Positions 62,438 to 64,000 of a stretch of DNA of 64,000 nucleotides are shown here, in pieces. The notes beneath the pieces were generated by a model that was not told where the DNA came from, did not search any database, and saw nothing but the letters and a program-made list of their open reading frames with translations. The stretch comes from an uncultured Gammaproteobacteria bacterium (lineage in GTDB: Bacteria > Pseudomonadota > Gammaproteobacteria > Arenicellales > CALHMG01), in NCBI GenBank assembly GCA_938034705.1, contig CALHMG010000046.1, positions 11,263 through 75,262 of the forward strand, read 5' to 3'. The position numbers were made by a program, and so were the translations under genes. Position 1 is the first letter of the stretch; each line of letters begins with the position of its first letter.

Positions 62438-64000
62438 GTGCTGACTCCCTGCGCTGTCTGTTGCTGTTCCGTAGTCGGTGTTTCCGAGTTCAGTTCAGCC
62501 TGCCAGAGATCTATCACCTGATCGGCCTCAGCCAGGAGTTCAGGGTCATAGGTAACGTAGATGACCGTCGTGTGTCCGCGAAGTTGATTGAGCAGGCGTT
62601 TAACTGCGTTCTTGCCCTGCGCGTCCATCGCCGAAAACGACTGATCGGCCAGAATCACGCCCGGCTGGTCGAGCAGACTGCGCGCAAGACACATGCGCTG
62701 GACAAAACCCCGGGAGAACGTGTTGGCGACATCAGATACCGGCGTGTCAAAACCTTTGGGCAACACATCGATATCGTCCGCGAAGTCAAGAAATCGAGCG
62801 GCCTTGATAGCCGCATCACGCAGGTGCGGCCGAAACCCTGTCAGGTTTTCAACGAACGTCCCTTTGAAAAGAGAATCGCCCTGATCAAGTCGAACAATAG
62901 TGCGACGCCTGTTCGTTGGCGCAATCGAGGCGACGTTAGCGCCATCTACAAGCACCACGCCGGACTCCGGCGCGAGCTCACCCGACAGCACCTGCAGAAC
63001 CGTGCTCTTGCCGCTTGCGTTGGGTCCGATCAGAGCGACAATCTGACCAGGCTCAATGTCGAGATCCACCGGCGCAACGGTTGCTCTGGTTGCGGAGGGA
63101 ACGGCAAACCGCACGCCTCGCAACACCACATGACCGCGAACCGTCGACGGCGCCAGAGACGCAAGACCCGGCTCGGATTGAGGCACATCCATGAGCTTGT
63201 TCATGCGATGTCGAGTCGTTGCGACCGAAATGTATTTGGTCCACATACCCACCGCCGAGCGCAGTGGTTGAAGCGCACGGCCTGCGAGAATCGTGCAGGC
63301 AGCGAGGGCACCGGTAGTCAACTCGGTAGCGTTCACCAGCAGCGCGCCATGGCACACGACACAAACGGTGCAGCACTGACCGAGGAACCCGACAAAATCA
63401 CCCAGGTGCACGCCAACTTTTTCGCTTTTCGCCTGGGCCCTGATTCGTGCCACCTGAAGCGCTTCGTAGCGATCGGTCATCGCAACTTCCATCGCGAGTG
63501 CGCGTATGTTGTGACCCGCGCCCAACACGCTGATAAGAAAATCGTTGACCGCAGAATCCGCGTCAATCTGTGCGTTGTGGCGCAACCGCAACGACGGGGT
63601 CACGGCGATGACAATGAGCGCGGCGACGGCGAGCGCTGCCACCGGCCACGCCACCAGCCAGCCACCCAGCACTGCGATGAACAAAAGAAAGACCACCGCG
63701 AAAAGTACGTCAAAGATCAACACCATGGGTTGACCCGCTTCGAACTCGCGAACGGCATTGACCGCGTTGAATCGATCAAGATGTTCGCCCGTTCCGGTTG
63801 AGTTCAGAGAACGCGGGTCGGCACCGAGAATCCGGTTGAACAGCGTTTTACCTGTTTGGCTTTCGAATCGGTGGCCGGCGTAAGCGAGAATTTTTGACCG
63901 AGCGACGCGCAGAAGAAGTTCTACGACAATTGCCGAAGCGACCGCGAGGCCGAGCAGCATCGCGGTATCACGAGATTCGTTGGGAATTATGCGGTCATAG
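62434..64000 (-). CDS. second T1SS-type ABC exporter (TMD+NBD), 5' end outside the window; degenerate NBD
   Basis: The reading frame stays open upstream of the track's ATG at 63960 (..YDRIIPNESRDTAMLLGL.., the conserved TMD YDR motif), so the gene continues past 64000. The NBD has Walker A GPNASGKS, but FSRGF for LSGGQ, VILADQ for hhhhDE, and VTYD for the H-loop. Confidence 0.85.
   Translation of the reverse strand, partial: YDRIIPNESRDTAMLLGLAVASAIVVELLLRVARSKILAYAGHRFESQTGKTLFNRILGADPRSLNSTGTGEHLDRFNAVNAVREFEAGQPMVLIFDVLFAVVFLLFIAVLGGWLVAWPVAALAVAALIVIAVTPSLRLRHNAQIDADSAVNDFLISVLGAGHNIRALAMEVAMTDRYEALQVARIRAQAKSEKVGVHLGDFVGFLGQCCTVCVVCHGALLVNATELTTGALAACTILAGRALQPLRSAVGMWTKYISVATTRHRMNKLMDVPQSEPGLASLAPSTVRGHVVLRGVRFAVPSATRATVAPVDLDIEPGQIVALIGPNASGKSTVLQVLSGELAPESGVVLVDGANVASIAPTNRRRTIVRLDQGDSLFKGTFVENLTGFRPHLRDAAIKAARFLDFADDIDVLPKGFDTPVSDVANTFSRGFVQRMCLARSLLDQPGVILADQSFSAMDAQGKNAVKRLLNQLRGHTTVIYVTYDPELLAEADQVIDLWQAELNSETPTTEQQQTAQGVST

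Noticed and set aside
62146-63801. A 551-aa plus-strand ORF spans the two ABC genes.
   Set aside because: It is antisense to two ORFs with unmistakable ABC transporter motifs. Its translation is Arg/His-rich and has no recognisable domain.
1-64000. Mobile elements, prophage remnants, tRNA/rRNA genes, CRISPR arrays, toxin-antitoxin or known defence-system genes.
   Set aside because: I found no transposase, integrase, recombinase or phage-like translation and no terminal inverted repeats. I found no tRNA-like T-arm motif in intergenic regions and no short regularly spaced repeats. This is absence by inspection only, without tRNAscan or ISfinder.

Overview
This window looks like a chromosomal segment of a moderately GC-rich gammaproteobacterium. 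The taxon is inferred only from gene content and synteny: pepP-ubiH-ubiI at the left end, and ccsA/resB - cytochrome c4 - engB - polA - DUF2782 - thrB in the 39-50 kb region. About 50 protein genes are tightly packed, often with 1-4 nt stop/start overlaps (GTGA/ATGA/TGATG at 1492, 16261, 33447, 39270, 49804, 62434). I found no rRNA, tRNA, CRISPR array, transposase, integrase or phage gene. From 1 to about 50.3 kb the content is mainly housekeeping and metabolic. It covers ubiquinone hydroxylases, a Na+/H+ antiporter, a PAS-GGDEF-EAL protein, argE, an SLT lytic transglycosylase and an RND pump. It also holds a BKACE / carnitine-dehydrogenase-like / acyl-CoA dehydrogenase / ADP-forming CoA ligase operon, thyA-folA, a PBP, photolyase, System II cytochrome c biogenesis, polA and thrB. 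The right end (50.3-64 kb, running off the window) is the clearly accessory part and the most interesting. It is a minus-strand type I secretion locus with two tandem ABC exporter genes, a HlyD-family adaptor and an 8.4-kb gene. The upstream ABC carries a naturally hydrolysis-dead-looking nucleotide-binding domain, and the downstream one has a Cys/His-less C39-like domain. The 8.4-kb gene encodes a 2,797-aa repeat protein with about 111-aa DxDGSE repeats, three interleaved carbohydrate-binding-like modules, no RTX nonapeptides and a very acidic tail. All functional calls come from reading the translated ORFs for motifs and remembered family signatures. No database search was possible, so family names are hypotheses to confirm by HMM/BLAST.
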